A DNA stretch of 64,000 nucleotides from an uncultured delta proteobacterium (GCA_963792965.1 CAWBYW010000016.1:115925-179924), one strand, 5' to 3'; positions 52,244 to 63,168 are shown, counted from the stretch's first letter. Program-made: numbers and translations. The notes: generated from the letters alone by a model not told the origin.

Positions 52244-53839
52244 ATGAAAATCACCTTCATCGGCGGGGCGCGGACCGTCACCGGCTCTTCGTTCCTGCTG
52301 TCCACAGACGGCGCCAATATCCTGGTCGACTGCGGGATGTTTCAGGGCGGGCGCGAGCTCATCGCCCGAAACTACCTCGAGCCGATCTACGACCCCAAAG
52401 ACATCGACGCGGTCGTGCTGACGCACGCCCACATCGACCACAGCGGGCTGATCCCGAAGCTCGTGCGCGGCGGATTTTCCGGAAAAATCTATACGACCAA
52501 GGCGACGGCCGACCTCTGCGAGCTGATGCTGCTGGACTCCGCGCACATCCAGGAGATGGACGCACGCTGGAAAACCAGAAAGAACCTCAGGCGCGGGCTG
52601 GCCGAGATGCCCCCTCTCTATACCGTCGACGACGCGCAGAAGTCGCTGCCTCACTTTTCGCGCGTAACGTACGACCAGACCTTCTCTCCCGCGCCGGGCA
52701 TCGAGGTCGTCTTCCGCGACGCCGGCCACATCCTCGGCTCGGGAATGATCGAGATGACCTGTCCCGTTGACGGCGGCACAAAAAGGAAGCTCGTTTTCTC
52801 AGGAGACATCGGGACGAGCGACCAGCCCATCATCCGGGACCCGAGCACGATTTCCGAGGCCGATTTTCTCTTCATCGAATCGACCTACGGAAACCGCACC
52901 CACCGGACCATCGAAGAGAGCAAGGAAGAGTTCACCGAGGCGCTGCTGTCGACCACGCGGCTGGGCGGCAAGGTCATCATCCCGTCGTTTGCCGTGGGCC
53001 GTACCCAGGAGATCATCTATTATCTGGCGGAGCTCACGCGAGCGGGCAGGCTCCCGGCCCTCCCCATTATCGTCGACAGCCCCATGGCCACCTCGGCCAC
53101 GAAGATCATGGAGAACAACCCCGACTGTTTCGATCAAGAAACGAAAGACCTCATCGCCGGCGGGAAGGACCCGCTGGAAATCCCGACCCTGAAATTCACG
53201 CGGTCCACCGAGGAGTCGATGGCGATCAACACGATGAAGGGAAGTGCGATCATCATCTCGTCCTCCGGCATGTGCGACGGGGGGCGCATCAGGCACCACC
53301 TGCGCCACAACCTCTGGCGGCCGGAGACCACGGTGATCTTCGTCGGCTACCAGGCCGAGGGGACCCTCGGCCGCCAGATCGTCAACGGAGACCAGGAGGT
53401 CAGGATCTTCGGCGAAGAGGTACAGGTCAAGGCGAAGATCTACACGATCAACGGCCTGTCGGCCCACGCCGACCGGGACGGGCTGCTGGACTGGGCGTCT
53501 CATTTTCGGGGCGCGGCCCCGACGACGTTCGTGATCCACGGCGAGGAGCGCTCCGCGCTCGATTTCTCCGAGACCCTCAAGGCGGAGCTGTCGCTGACGA
53601 CCTACGTGCCCTCCTGGAGGGAGACGGTGGAGCTTTCCCCGGATAAGAGCTTCCGGTCGCTACCGGCGGCCGAGGCGGGCAAAGAGATCCCGATATTCGC
53701 AAAGAAATATGAGGGTGACCTTGCCTCCATCAAGGAGAAGCTGGCGAGCCTCGAAAAGAAGGGGATCACGGGGAAGAAAGAAGTCGCAGACCGCTTGGGG
53801 GCGATCAAGAATATTTTGAGTGAGATCGAGGACGAGTAG
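52244..53839 (+). CDS. beta-CASP family MBL-fold metallo-hydrolase (RNA-metabolising ribonuclease)
   Basis: Intact 531 aa. HxHxDH (THAHIDHSG) and beta-CASP motifs. Coiled-coil C-terminal extension. Confidence 0.8.
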   Translation: MKITFIGGARTVTGSSFLLSTDGANILVDCGMFQGGRELIARNYLEPIYDPKDIDAVVLTHAHIDHSGLIPKLVRGGFSGKIYTTKATADLCELMLLDSAHIQEMDARWKTRKNLRRGLAEMPPLYTVDDAQKSLPHFSRVTYDQTFSPAPGIEVVFRDAGHILGSGMIEMTCPVDGGTKRKLVFSGDIGTSDQPIIRDPSTISEADFLFIESTYGNRTHRTIEESKEEFTEALLSTTRLGGKVIIPSFAVGRTQEIIYYLAELTRAGRLPALPIIVDSPMATSATKIMENNPDCFDQETKDLIAGGKDPLEIPTLKFTRSTEESMAINTMKGSAIIISSSGMCDGGRIRHHLRHNLWRPETTVIFVGYQAEGTLGRQIVNGDQEVRIFGEEVQVKAKIYTINGLSAHADRDGLLDWASHFRGAAPTTFVIHGEERSALDFSETLKAELSLTTYVPSWRETVELSPDKSFRSLPAAEAGKEIPIFAKKYEGDLASIKEKLASLEKKGITGKKEVADRLGAIKNILSEIEDE

Positions 53840-53870
53840 CCGCCCGGCAGACGTGGACGAAGACCCGTAG

Positions 53871-53890
53871 GGGCGGCATATATGCCGCCC
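53871..53890 (+). terminator. terminator-like GC hairpin after the ribonuclease gene
   Basis: gggcggcat-at-atgccgccc perfect palindrome 30 nt after the stop. No U-tract. Confidence 0.35.
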
Positions 53891-53936
53891 GTCTCCAGCC
53901 CGCGATGACGAATAGACAAATGCTGAGGAACCATCC

Positions 53937-54689
53937 ATGGACCTGAAAGAAGAAATAAGGGAAAAGGCGCGCGAGCAGGGCTTTGCCCTCTTCGGCGTGG
54001 TGGACTCCAAAGACATGGAAGAGGTGGAGACGCCCCCCGGCCGGGGGATCGCCAGGCCCTCCGAGGTGGCGCCGTGGGCGCGATCGGTCATGGTGCTGGG
54101 GATCCGCGTGGCCGATGAGGCGATGAACGTCTCGATCTCAATACCTGTCCCCGGCGGCAAAGACACCTACTATAATTTCTATTACGAGATCACGGAGAGC
54201 CGCGCCTGGCGCCTGATCCGGTGGATGCGGGAGGAGAAGGGGATCAGGGCCGTGCCCTCCCACCGGATCGCCATGAAGCCCGCGGCGATGCTTGCCGGAA
54301 TCGGTTTCATCGGCCACAACACGCAGGTCATCACGCCCGACTTTGGCCCGCGCGTCCGGTTCGTGGCCGTCCTTACCGACAAAGAGCTTGAGCCCGACCG
54401 TCCCTTTGCCCGCGACCTCTGCGAGGAGGAGCCCGCCTGCCGGGACAAATCGCTCTGCGTGCAGGCCTGCCCCTACCGCGCCATCATCCCCGGCCCGTCA
54501 CAGGGCGTCCCGGCGGGGGAGAAGGTGCTGCTCGAAAAATGCGTCGTCTATCACGTGCAGGATAGGGAGATAGGTAAACGCTGGGAGAAGTATATCCGCC
54601 GCCTGACGAACCGCGGCTTCCTCGAATGCACCCTCTGCAACCTCGCCTGCCCGTACGGGGAGAGGGGGAGAGAAGAGCGGTTGACGTAA
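53937..54689 (+). CDS. 4Fe-4S cluster protein with QueG/epoxyqueuosine-reductase-like N-terminus (DUF1730-like)
   Basis: MDLKEEIREKAREQGFALFGVVD N-terminus. C-terminal ferredoxin-like Cys motifs (C-x5-C-x4-C-x3-CP and CxxCxxxCP). Confidence 0.45.
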   Translation: MDLKEEIREKAREQGFALFGVVDSKDMEEVETPPGRGIARPSEVAPWARSVMVLGIRVADEAMNVSISIPVPGGKDTYYNFYYEITESRAWRLIRWMREEKGIRAVPSHRIAMKPAAMLAGIGFIGHNTQVITPDFGPRVRFVAVLTDKELEPDRPFARDLCEEEPACRDKSLCVQACPYRAIIPGPSQGVPAGEKVLLEKCVVYHVQDREIGKRWEKYIRRLTNRGFLECTLCNLACPYGERGREERLT

Positions 54690-54730
54690 GGACTTACCGA
54701 AACCCCTACGAACCGATAACGAACCTTGAC

Positions 54731-55321
54731 TTATAGCTTCCTGCAGACAAGCTCTCCGTTGCCCACGGGCACCACCATGGCGTCGACCCGGACGTCGGAC
54801 AGCACATAGTCGAGCATTTCCTTTAGCGCCACCTTATGGTTGATCGCGTTGTCGGCCACCAGAATCCCGCCCTCTACCATCCTTGGAATGAGCAGTTTAT
54901 AACAATCGAGATACACGTCCTTTTCGGCATCGAGGAAGCAGAACGATATCTTTTCGTAATCGGCCAGCTTCAGCCGTGCGTCACCATGAATGAGCCCAAC
55001 GGTGTCATCCATACCCGTGAGCCGAAACGTCTCTTCGGCTATCTTCACTTTCTCCTCAAGCACCTCGAAGGTGGTAAGCTTTCGCCCGATCTCACGACAC
55101 GCAAGCCCAATCCAAAGGGCCGAATATCCGCCGCTCGTGCCTATTTCGACGTAGTCGCCGGCCGGCGCACACCGCGCCAAAAGAGAAATGAATTTGCCCG
55201 TTTCAGCCGGAATCTGCCGGAGGCGTGAAAGCATCGGGGTGCCGTCCGCCCTGTCATGGGCGTCAATATTTTCGAGATAACGCATTCTCTCAAGGACGAT
55301 GGGAGGGATCGTATGAAACAT
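54731..55321 (-). CDS. class I SAM-dependent O-methyltransferase (family 3, caffeoyl-CoA OMT-like)
   Basis: [13 protein letters not shown]-binding motif. Length 196 aa. Confidence 0.7.
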   Translation of the reverse strand: MFHTIPPIVLERMRYLENIDAHDRADGTPMLSRLRQIPAETGKFISLLARCAPAGDYVEIGTSGGYSALWIGLACREIGRKLTTFEVLEEKVKIAEETFRLTGMDDTVGLIHGDARLKLADYEKISFCFLDAEKDVYLDCYKLLIPRMVEGGILVADNAINHKVALKEMLDYVLSDVRVDAMVVPVGNGELVCRKL

Positions 55322-55719
55322 TGATTTCCTCCGTCAGTTTTGTTTCTCTCGGCGGATTCACATGCCTTAGCAATCATAGAAGCAGCCGATATCCGCTCAT
55401 GCAATGGTATATCGTGAAATTGTGGGAGTCAATCTCTATTAAGAGGCGCCTGCGAACCCAAGACGCTCCGAGAGACCCAGCAGCTTACCAAAAGGGCGCC
55501 GCAGCATTCTATAATGTCTTATATATAATGTGACAGCCTGAAAGTCGGCTTCCATGGCGTTTTCGTTTGATTTCATCCGGTGACGAGGATAGAATCTACT
55601 ACCGAAATGGTGACGTGACCATCGTTGAGCGAGCAGCACCGGGCCTTTCGAGGGCATTGAGCTGAATGACCCCATGTCAGTGGTTCATAGGGGGAATCTC
55701 GGATAAAAGGAGATCCGAT

Positions 55720-57072
55720 ATGAAAACCGTAATGAAAAGGGACAGGCTGAGTCTTTCCACGAAGATATTCTACCTCTTCGGCGACATCGGAGTATCGATG
55801 TGCCTGGCTACCGTGGGGTTCTTCATCCTCTTCTATTATGCCGACGTTGCCAAGATCAATCCTGCCCTCGTCGGCACGGCGCTGCTCCTGGGGAGGCTCT
55901 GGAACGCCGTAAACGATCCCCTGTTCGGTTGGTTTTCCGATCGGACGAGATCGCGCTGGGGAAGGCGAAAAGTATATCTCTATTTCGCCTCGATCCCCCT
56001 CGGGATCTCCTTTGCCGTCCTCTGGATGGTCCCAAAAGGACTCACCAACGTCACGGCCACCCTCTGGATCCTCGGGACCTTCTTTTTCTACTATACCCTC
56101 ATCAACGTCGTGGCGGTATCCTACTACGCCATGACGCCCGAGCTGACGCGCGACTATGACGAGCGCACCAATCTCACCACCTTCCGCATGATCGGCGGGA
56201 CGATCGGGTACATGTCCGGCGCGGCGTTTCCTCCCTTTATCGCGGGGCTTTTCATTACCGAGCAGATCGGTTGGAGCATGGTCGGTATCATGTTCGGTGC
56301 CTTTGCGGTCGTCTGCATATTTATAACCGCCTTCGGAGTCAAGCAGCGCAAGGAATTAGAGGGCGCTCCTTCGACGATCCCGGCGCTGAAATCCATCATG
56401 TTCTGTTTCAAGAACAGGCCCTTCGTCTATCTTCTGATCCAGGCCGTCGCGGCCGGGGTCTGTTTCACGCTGGTAATGTCGTATATGGCATTCTTCCTTA
56501 CGTACCAAATGGAAATGAAGGCCAAGATTCCTCTTATCATGACGCTTCTTCTGGTGACGATCGGCGCGTTTCTCTTTTTCTGGAAATGGTTGACGGACAA
56601 ATGGGCAAAGGGGCCCACCTACGCCCTCGGCCTCTTCATCGCCTTCGGTGCGATCGCCTGCTCGTTCCTGCTCCCCCAGGGGGAGAGCATCTGGATATAC
56701 GTCATCGTCTTTATCGCGGGCTTCGGGTTTTCCGCCCAGTGGGTTTTGCCCTGGTCAATCCTCCCGGATGTCGTGGAACACGACGAGCTTTTGACCGGCC
56801 AGCGGCGGGAGGGGATCTATTACGGGGTAAAAGGGTTTGTCGACAACACCTCCAGCGCCTTCGGCCTCTTCATCGGGGGATGGGTATTGTCACTGTTCGG
56901 GTACGTCCCCGAGGCGGTACAGACCAAGACGGCGCTGTTGGGTATTCGGCTCTTCTTCGGCCCCCTCCCTGCGCTCCTGGCGTTCATAAGCCTCCCGCTC
57001 CTCATCTGGTTTCCGATAACACGGAAGACCCATACCGAGACCCTCGAAAAGCTCAAGGAGAAACGGGATTAG
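55720..57072 (+). CDS. MFS transporter, glycoside-pentoside-hexuronide:cation symporter family
   Basis: 12 TM helices. GPH-family signature region (GRLWNAVNDPLFGWFSDRT...GRRK). Start at MKTVMKRD. Confidence 0.75.
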   Translation: MKTVMKRDRLSLSTKIFYLFGDIGVSMCLATVGFFILFYYADVAKINPALVGTALLLGRLWNAVNDPLFGWFSDRTRSRWGRRKVYLYFASIPLGISFAVLWMVPKGLTNVTATLWILGTFFFYYTLINVVAVSYYAMTPELTRDYDERTNLTTFRMIGGTIGYMSGAAFPPFIAGLFITEQIGWSMVGIMFGAFAVVCIFITAFGVKQRKELEGAPSTIPALKSIMFCFKNRPFVYLLIQAVAAGVCFTLVMSYMAFFLTYQMEMKAKIPLIMTLLLVTIGAFLFFWKWLTDKWAKGPTYALGLFIAFGAIACSFLLPQGESIWIYVIVFIAGFGFSAQWVLPWSILPDVVEHDELLTGQRREGIYYGVKGFVDNTSSAFGLFIGGWVLSLFGYVPEAVQTKTALLGIRLFFGPLPALLAFISLPLLIWFPITRKTHTETLEKLKEKRD

Positions 57073-57135
57073 TGTAGTACGAGCGAGGACTTCTGTACGT
57101 GATTCCTCAATAGACCTTTAAGCGTAGAGCAAAGA

Positions 57136-57531
57136 ATGATAGTCTTAAGAGCCATTGCTATTTGGGTCGTTGTGATCTTCGCCGAGGTCCTTCACGGCGT
57201 CTGCGCGAACGCTATTTCTTGTGCCGTACGTGGGTGATTTCAGGGCGCGCCAGATCGGCGTATTCACGGGGTCCGTCATAATTTTTGCTATTGCTCTTAT
57301 ATCCGTGCGATGGATCAGCGCGTCCCGTGCCGCAGAATTGCTGGCGGTCGGATTTCTATGGCTTGGCCTGATGCTTGCCTTTGAGTTTCTCTTCGGACAT
57401 TTCGTCTTAGGCTATTAGCTGGCAGCGGCTCGCCGCAGACTACAACCTGACGAAGGGCGGCCTCATGTCGATCGGTATGCTGGTGCTGACGCTATCGCCC
57501 TTGATAGCCGGAAAGGTGCGGGGTCTGGTTT
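57136..57531 (+). pseudogene. small membrane protein split over three frames
   Basis: Three consecutive short ORFs with hydrophobic helices (MIVLRAIAIWVVVIFAEVL..., ...IGVFTGSVIIFAIALISV..., ...GGLMSIGMLVLTLSPLIAGKVRGLV*). They are joined by +1 shifts near 57225 and 57418. Confidence 0.3.
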
Positions 57532-57630
57532 GATTGACCCCCTTACAGCGTGTCGCAGAATGAGTCAAATCTACCCTTGGCGCTCTTTGCTCAAACTTTC
57601 GCTGAAGACATGCATCTGACGGAGAGAGAG

Positions 57631-58251
57631 ATGGGAAGAAATAGGATTGTCATAATGATGCTTCTTCTATCGCTCCTTGTTGTGTCAGCCGCTGGATACG
57701 CCCAAACCGTCAAGGATTGGTGCAATATTGGAGACTGTGCTGCTGCATCGGGGGATTATGCCAAGGCAATGAAGTGTTATAGCAAGGCCATCGAGCTCGA
57801 TCCGAAGTATGCCCCAGTCTACAGTGACCGGGGTAACATGTATCGACTTCAGGGCAAATACGATATGGCTTTTGCCGACTTCACCAGGGCCATCGAGGTC
57901 GACCCGAAGTATGCCCCCGCCTACGTTGACCGGGGGACAACGTATCGACTTCTGGGCAAATACGACCTGGCAATCGCCGATTTTAGCAGGGCCATCGAGG
58001 TCGATCCGAAGCTTGCCCCAGCCTACAATAGCCGGGGTATCGCCTATGGGTGTCTGGCCAAGTACGACCTGGGGATCACCGACTTCACAAGGGCCATCGA
58101 GCTCGACCCGAAAGACGCCCAGGGCTACTATAACCGGGGAAATGCCTATTACAATTCAGGAAGGATGAATGAAGCCTTCTCGGATTATAAAAAAGGCTGT
58201 GAATTAGGGTCTAAAGATTCTTGTAAAAGCTACGGTCTATTAAAGAGATAA
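57631..58251 (+). CDS. secreted TPR-repeat protein
   Basis: Signal peptide MGRNRIVIMMLLLSLLVVSAAGYA followed by five canonical 34-aa TPR units (AIELDPKYAPVY...). Confidence 0.7.
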   Translation: MGRNRIVIMMLLLSLLVVSAAGYAQTVKDWCNIGDCAAASGDYAKAMKCYSKAIELDPKYAPVYSDRGNMYRLQGKYDMAFADFTRAIEVDPKYAPAYVDRGTTYRLLGKYDLAIADFSRAIEVDPKLAPAYNSRGIAYGCLAKYDLGITDFTRAIELDPKDAQGYYNRGNAYYNSGRMNEAFSDYKKGCELGSKDSCKSYGLLKR

Positions 58252-58260
58252 TATCTTATA

Positions 58261-58286
58261 GGAATACTATGAAGAGCGAGTATTCC
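58261..58286. terminator. bidirectional terminator hairpin between convergent genes
   Basis: ggaatact...agtattcc 8-bp stem 10 nt after the TPR gene stop. Confidence 0.4.
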
Positions 58287-58350
58287 GAAACGAGCGTGAC
58301 GTAAAAGGGGGTAAATCTACCCCGCAAAACTTTAGCCTCCGCCCCCCCTC

Positions 58351-58983
58351 TCACCCGTTCTCCTCTCCCTCTTTCTTAGCGTCAAAGGAGATCACGATCT
58401 TGCACACGTCGTCCCCTTTGGCCCGGCACAGCACCTCCTTCACGTCGTGCTCGTCCCCCGTGGCCCACTTGGCCACCTCGGCGTTCAGCCCGACGTCGCC
58501 GAAGCAGATCGGTCCTTCGCTCTTGAGCCCCTTGCACCAGTAGCAGTCAAACAGCTCCAGGATAAACCCCTCCTCGCCCACGTAGAATCTCTGGTTTTCC
58601 CCAAAGACCTTGTTGGTCGATTCCGCGCCGATCTCCATCACCTTTTCGAGCCGTTTCCTTTTTGACAGGAGCTTGAGCCCAAGCCCCATGAACCCGATCA
58701 TCGCGGGGTTCTTTTCCATGACGAGCTGAAATCCCCTCCGCCCCGCTTTGTAGAGCAGGGGGCGGGCACCCTTCTCGCCGAAGACGTCTATGATGCTCCC
58801 CACGATCGCGCCGAAATCGCTCCCCGGCACTTCGAGCTTTTCGTCGTTGGGCGGGAAGTTATCCCGGTATTTGGTGAGCCCGGAATAGTTCAGTATCGAG
58901 TTGAGCCCGTTTTCACCTATGATGTCCTCCACGGTAAGCAGAGTAACATACATCATCGAATTCGGAATATACTCCTTGAGCAT
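58351..58983 (-). CDS. V4R (4-vinyl reductase-like) domain protein
   Basis: C-terminal ELFDCYWCKG...CFGDVG is typical of V4R small-molecule-binding domains. Start at MLKEYIPN. Confidence 0.5.
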   Translation of the reverse strand: MLKEYIPNSMMYVTLLTVEDIIGENGLNSILNYSGLTKYRDNFPPNDEKLEVPGSDFGAIVGSIIDVFGEKGARPLLYKAGRRGFQLVMEKNPAMIGFMGLGLKLLSKRKRLEKVMEIGAESTNKVFGENQRFYVGEEGFILELFDCYWCKGLKSEGPICFGDVGLNAEVAKWATGDEHDVKEVLCRAKGDDVCKIVISFDAKKEGEENG

Positions 58984-59253
58984 GTCTTTTCCCCCTGGAC
59001 AGGTCCCAGTTCTATTATCCCCCCCGGCAGGCGGGAAGTCAACGGGCACGGGTTGGAGGGGTCGAGTCTACACTTGTCTTGGTGATACGCGACGGCTGGC
59101 TCTACCTATCCACCAGCGACCGGGACGGCCGGGGGACGGTGCGACGCGGTGACGATCGCTCATCAGGATACGCCCGGTCGACATCAAAGGATTGCCGTGA
59201 AATCCGACGCATTGGCCGGACGGCCCTCTCGTGGCCGTCTCTACGCTCTGCCC

Positions 59254-59943
59254 TCACGTTCGGTCGCGTGTCAATCCCGCGTGATGTGGACAGACCGTTC
59301 GGCAGGTGTTACACGCGATCACCCATCCGCCTCCTTCCGTGGAGGAGATGGAGCGTGCCCTGCAGAGGTTCTGGTTAATCGTTGTCCCGTCCAGCGCCTG
59401 CTGCGGGCACGCGTCCAGGCAGATACTGCATCCGTCGTTACATCCGTTGTAAGAGGTGGCGGGGTCTCCCTCGAGCTCGGCGGAGACCAGCACGGCCCCC
59501 AGCCAGATCATGTTTCCGAACGTCTTATTAATCAGAAGCGTGTTCTTCCCCAGCGTCCCCATGCCTGCGAGCCACGCCGCGTGTTTCAGCGACAGGATGC
59601 CCCTCCCGTGGCTCCGATCCGGGTCCCAATAGTCGTACGGCTCGGCGGAGGGAATGGGGACCGAGCCGATACCCTCGGCCTCCAGCTCTTCAGACAGGCG
59701 AAAGGAGATCGCGTCGAGCTTTTCAACCATCTTGTTTCTGACAAAGGTATAGGGGGTGAGGCTCGGCAAGACGAGGGTGCTTGCCGGAAAGCGCGACGCA
59801 TAGACGATCACCGATCGGCATCCCTCGTGGATATCGCGCGGGTGAAACCCCTGCGGGGCATCGCTGAACCGGTCGACCGGGGCGATCCCGCAGATATCCG
59901 CCCCCAGGCCCAGCACCTTCTCCTTCACTTCTTTACAGTCCAT
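59254..59943 (-). CDS. 4Fe-4S cluster protein, QueG-like paralog
   Basis: MDCKEVKEKVLGLGADICGIAPVDRF N-terminus resembles the 53937 gene. CxxGCxxCxxxCP and CNTCRTVCP ferredoxin motifs. Confidence 0.45.
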   Translation of the reverse strand: MDCKEVKEKVLGLGADICGIAPVDRFSDAPQGFHPRDIHEGCRSVIVYASRFPASTLVLPSLTPYTFVRNKMVEKLDAISFRLSEELEAEGIGSVPIPSAEPYDYWDPDRSHGRGILSLKHAAWLAGMGTLGKNTLLINKTFGNMIWLGAVLVSAELEGDPATSYNGCNDGCSICLDACPQQALDGTTINQNLCRARSISSTEGGGWVIACNTCRTVCPHHAGLTRDRT

Positions 59944-60011
59944 CACAAGGCCTTTTCTTCCGTTCAGTTTTATCGTGTGATACCGACCGCAGAGGACCGT
60001 TCCCTTTGCCG

Positions 60012-60443
60012 TTATCCTCGGGCGAGTGCCGTCTTGACGCACGCGGCTCCCAACAGCACCACGATCACGGTCCCGACAATCTGGGGCGCGATGAAGAAAT
60101 AGACCCAGCCCAGCACGGCCACCGCGACGAAGCTCGCGAAGAGCGCCCAGGAGACGGGGAGCAGGGCCGCCCGTGCCTTTTCATCCAGCCCCCCGAGGTG
60201 CCACGTCAGCACCGCCGAGAAGAGCAGAAAAACCGAAAAGAGGAGCCCAAACCCAAGGTACATCCCGCCCCACGTAACGGTCGAGCCCATGATCTCAAAA
60301 TCGACTGACTTCATCAAGGAAAGCACGCCGTCGGCCGCCACCCCGTGGTCGGCGTGCGACAGCATCCCCCCGAACGTGTGGGAGAGGAAAAAGATGACCA
60401 ACAGATACGAACAGATCCGATAGAGATTGAAATACCTGGCCAT
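60012..60443 (-). CDS. small integral membrane protein (hypothetical)
   Basis: Four predicted TM helices downstream of MARYFNLY. The upstream part of the ORF is Arg-rich junk. Confidence 0.4.
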   Translation of the reverse strand: MARYFNLYRICSYLLVIFFLSHTFGGMLSHADHGVAADGVLSLMKSVDFEIMGSTVTWGGMYLGFGLLFSVFLLFSAVLTWHLGGLDEKARAALLPVSWALFASFVAVAVLGWVYFFIAPQIVGTVIVVLLGAACVKTALARG

Positions 60444-60601
60444 GCCATTCCTCCTTATACAGCGGTGACGGAAATACGTTTTGATTATATCACGATCTAT
60501 CGGGGCCACGACGCGGCCGGCGCGGAGAGAAATCTCCTTTCCGGCGCGACGATCCATAGGCGGAGTGGGGGACCCAGCAGAATCTCTGGACATGTGTCTG
60601 G

Positions 60602-61196
60602 TCACAGGAAGTCCGGCAGGACCCCACATAACGCCTCGACTGCGCGCCTGCGGTGGCTGATTTCGTTCTTCTCGGCCTCCGTCATCTCCGCGTAGGTCTT
60701 GCCGAGCGGCGGATAAAAGAAGATCGGGTCGTAGCCGAACCCTTTGCTCCCACGTGGCGCACGGATAATCTGCCCTGCGCACTCCCCCCTGACGACCATC
60801 TCCCTTCCATCGGGCGATACCAGCGCGATCACCGCCACGAAGCGCGCCCCTCTCTCCCCTTCCGGGACCCCGGAAAGCTCGCGCAACAGCTTCTCGTTGT
60901 TTTGCTCGTCGGAGGAGCCTTCCCCGGCGTATCGTGCCGACATCACCCCCGGTGCGCCGCCCAGGGCATCCACCTCTATGCCGGAGTCGTCGGCCAAGGC
61001 TACGTGCGCGGTGCGACGCGCCGCTTCCCGGGCCTTGATGAGGGCGTTTTCCTCAAACGTCTTGCCGGACTCGACCACGTCGGGATAATCGGGAAAGTCG
61101 GAAAGAGAACGCAGAGTGACGAGCCTCAGGAGCCCCAGTCCGTCCATGATCCGGCCGAGTTCGTTGAGCTTTCCCCGGTTCTTGGTGGCGACGACG
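60602..61196 (-). CDS. rdgB: non-canonical purine NTP pyrophosphatase RdgB/HAM1
   Basis: IVVATKNRGKLNEL and FGYDPIF motifs. Probable TTG start overlapping the rph stop, with GGAGAG upstream. Confidence 0.8.
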
Positions 61197-61199
61197 ATC

Positions 61200-61961
61200 T
61201 CAGGAGCGCTCAATGATCTCTCCGAGGAGCTCCTTCTGTTTTGCGATGAGCCGCGCGATCCCGTCCCGGGCAAGCTCCATCATCATATCGAGGGTCTTCT
61301 GATCAAACGGGTGGTTTTCCGCGGTGCCCTGGACCTCCACGAAGAGGCCGGATCCCGTGATGACGAAGTTCATATCGACCTCGGCGGCGGAATCCTCCTT
61401 GTAGTCGAGGTCCAGGAGTATCTTTCCGTCCACCACCCCCGCGCTGATTGCCGCGATATAGTCCCTGATCGGGAACCGGGAGATCTGCCCCGACTTCTTC
61501 AGCTTCAACAGCGCGTATGCCAGCGCCACGAAACCGCCCGTGATGGAGGCCGTCCTTGTGCCGCCGTCGGCGCAGATGACGTCGCAGTCGATCCAGATCG
61601 TCTTTTCGCTCAGGGCCGACAGATCGACCACCGCCCTGAGCGCCCTGCCGATGAGCCGCTGGATCTCAAGGGTGCGGCCCCCCGCCCGCCCCTGGGTGAC
61701 CTCGCGGGTCATCCGGGTTTCGGTCGAGCGGGGCAGCATCCCGTACTCCGCCGTCACCCACCCGTCCCCGGTGCCCTTGAGAAAGTTCGGCACCCGATCC
61801 TCCACGGAGGCGGTGACGACCACCCGGGTGAGCCCCATCTCGATGAGGACGCTCCCTTCCGCGTAGGGGATATAGTTGGGCGTAATGACAACGGGACGTA
61901 TGGCGTTAAGCTGCCTCCCGTTTCTCCTCATCCAGTCTACCTGCTTCGCATTCTTGTATGG
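61200..61961 (-). CDS. rph: ribonuclease PH
   Basis: RNase PH family ([41 protein letters not shown]). Start at [14 protein letters not shown]. Classic rph-rdgB pair. Confidence 0.85.
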   Translation of the reverse strand, partial: PYKNAKQVDWMRRNGRQLNAIRPVVITPNYIPYAEGSVLIEMGLTRVVVTASVEDRVPNFLKGTGDGWVTAEYGMLPRSTETRMTREVTQGRAGGRTLEIQRLIGRALRAVVDLSALSEKTIWIDCDVICADGGTRTASITGGFVALAYALLKLKKSGQISRFPIRDYIAAISAGVVDGKILLDLDYKEDSAAEVDMNFVITGSGLFVEVQGTAENHPFDQKTLDMMMELARDGIARLIAKQKELLGEIIERS

Positions 61962-62472
61962 TTTCAAGGCCCACCCTGTATACGTGAGGGTACGAATCAT
62001 ACTGGTTTCGCCTCTGCCTGTCAAGGGATAACGACCCTCCCGCCCAACGCTCGCGACGTGCCGCCGGAATACAGGAATATGAAGGAAAACAGGAATGGCG
62101 GGGAAAGCCGCTGCCGCACACAACCGACCGCATGCAACGGTACGGAAGATGACCTGCATCAGTGGAACAAAAGTGCAAGTTATTTTGCATCCTGGCAACA
62201 TCTCGTTATCATTAGAAATATCGGTATCTGTTCCTGACAGGATAAACTCGATGAAACACCGTTGAAACATGCATGCAACGCCTCAGAAACCGCGTTAAGA
62301 TGCTGTGCGATAACCTGCTGTAATCATTATAGTATTTGGCCACGGACATCGGGTGGATCGTGCCCGCATATAGGCATGGATATTGCTTAATATATGGCCA
62401 GACACATACGGTTTGGTATATGAGATCTCCGGCAACCGTGTGTATTCATGCAACGAGAGAAAGGAGGAGAGA

Positions 62473-63168
62473 ATGAATAAGAAAAGACTGATGGTGCTTG
62501 ATAACGATTCCCAATTCGTCGGCTCTCTCAACACCGCGTTGGGCAAGACCTATGACGTGCTGTGGGTCAAGGAAGTCGCCGCCGCCGTCCAGACCATTCA
62601 TTCATGCGAGGCGGACGTCATCCTCGTCAACTTCGCCGTCGGCGTCGAGGGGGGGTTCTCCGTAATCCGGGAGGCAAAGAAGTGGGCGATCCCATCGGTC
62701 GTCGTCACCCATCTCTCGACGGAGGAGATGGCCATCGAGGCCCTCAACTCCGGCGTCTCGTATTATATCAAGAAGCCGGTCCTTCTGGAGGACCTGGCAA
62801 AAGCCGTCAACCGGGTCGCGGGCATCCCGAGCGCCGATATGGATACCATCGAGCGCGTGAGATTCTTCATCGTAGAAAATTACATGAAAGACATCTCGGT
62901 CAACGACCTTTCGGACTCGGTCGGCATCAGGCGGCAGAAGATCTTCTACCACTTCAAGAAGCGGTACGGCAAGGGGATCAAGTCATATCTGCGCGACATC
63001 AGGATGCAGAAGGCGCAGGAGTTGCTGGAGACCACCGACCTTGCGATCTACCGTATCGCCAAGGCCGTCGGATATAATCACTTCGGCTATTTTTGTCGGG
63101 AATTCAAGCGCCTCTACCACCTGACCCCCAAAGAGATCAGGAGGGGCCGCTACCAGCAGGCCAGCTGA
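62473..63168 (+). CDS. AraC-family response regulator (receiver-like domain plus AraC HTH)
   Basis: N-terminal CheY-like fold. C-terminal AraC-type HTH (AKAVGYNHFGYFCREFKRLYHLTPKEIRR). AGGAGG ribosome-binding site 5 nt before the ATG. Confidence 0.7.
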   Translation: MNKKRLMVLDNDSQFVGSLNTALGKTYDVLWVKEVAAAVQTIHSCEADVILVNFAVGVEGGFSVIREAKKWAIPSVVVTHLSTEEMAIEALNSGVSYYIKKPVLLEDLAKAVNRVAGIPSADMDTIERVRFFIVENYMKDISVNDLSDSVGIRRQKIFYHFKKRYGKGIKSYLRDIRMQKAQELLETTDLAIYRIAKAVGYNHFGYFCREFKRLYHLTPKEIRRGRYQQAS

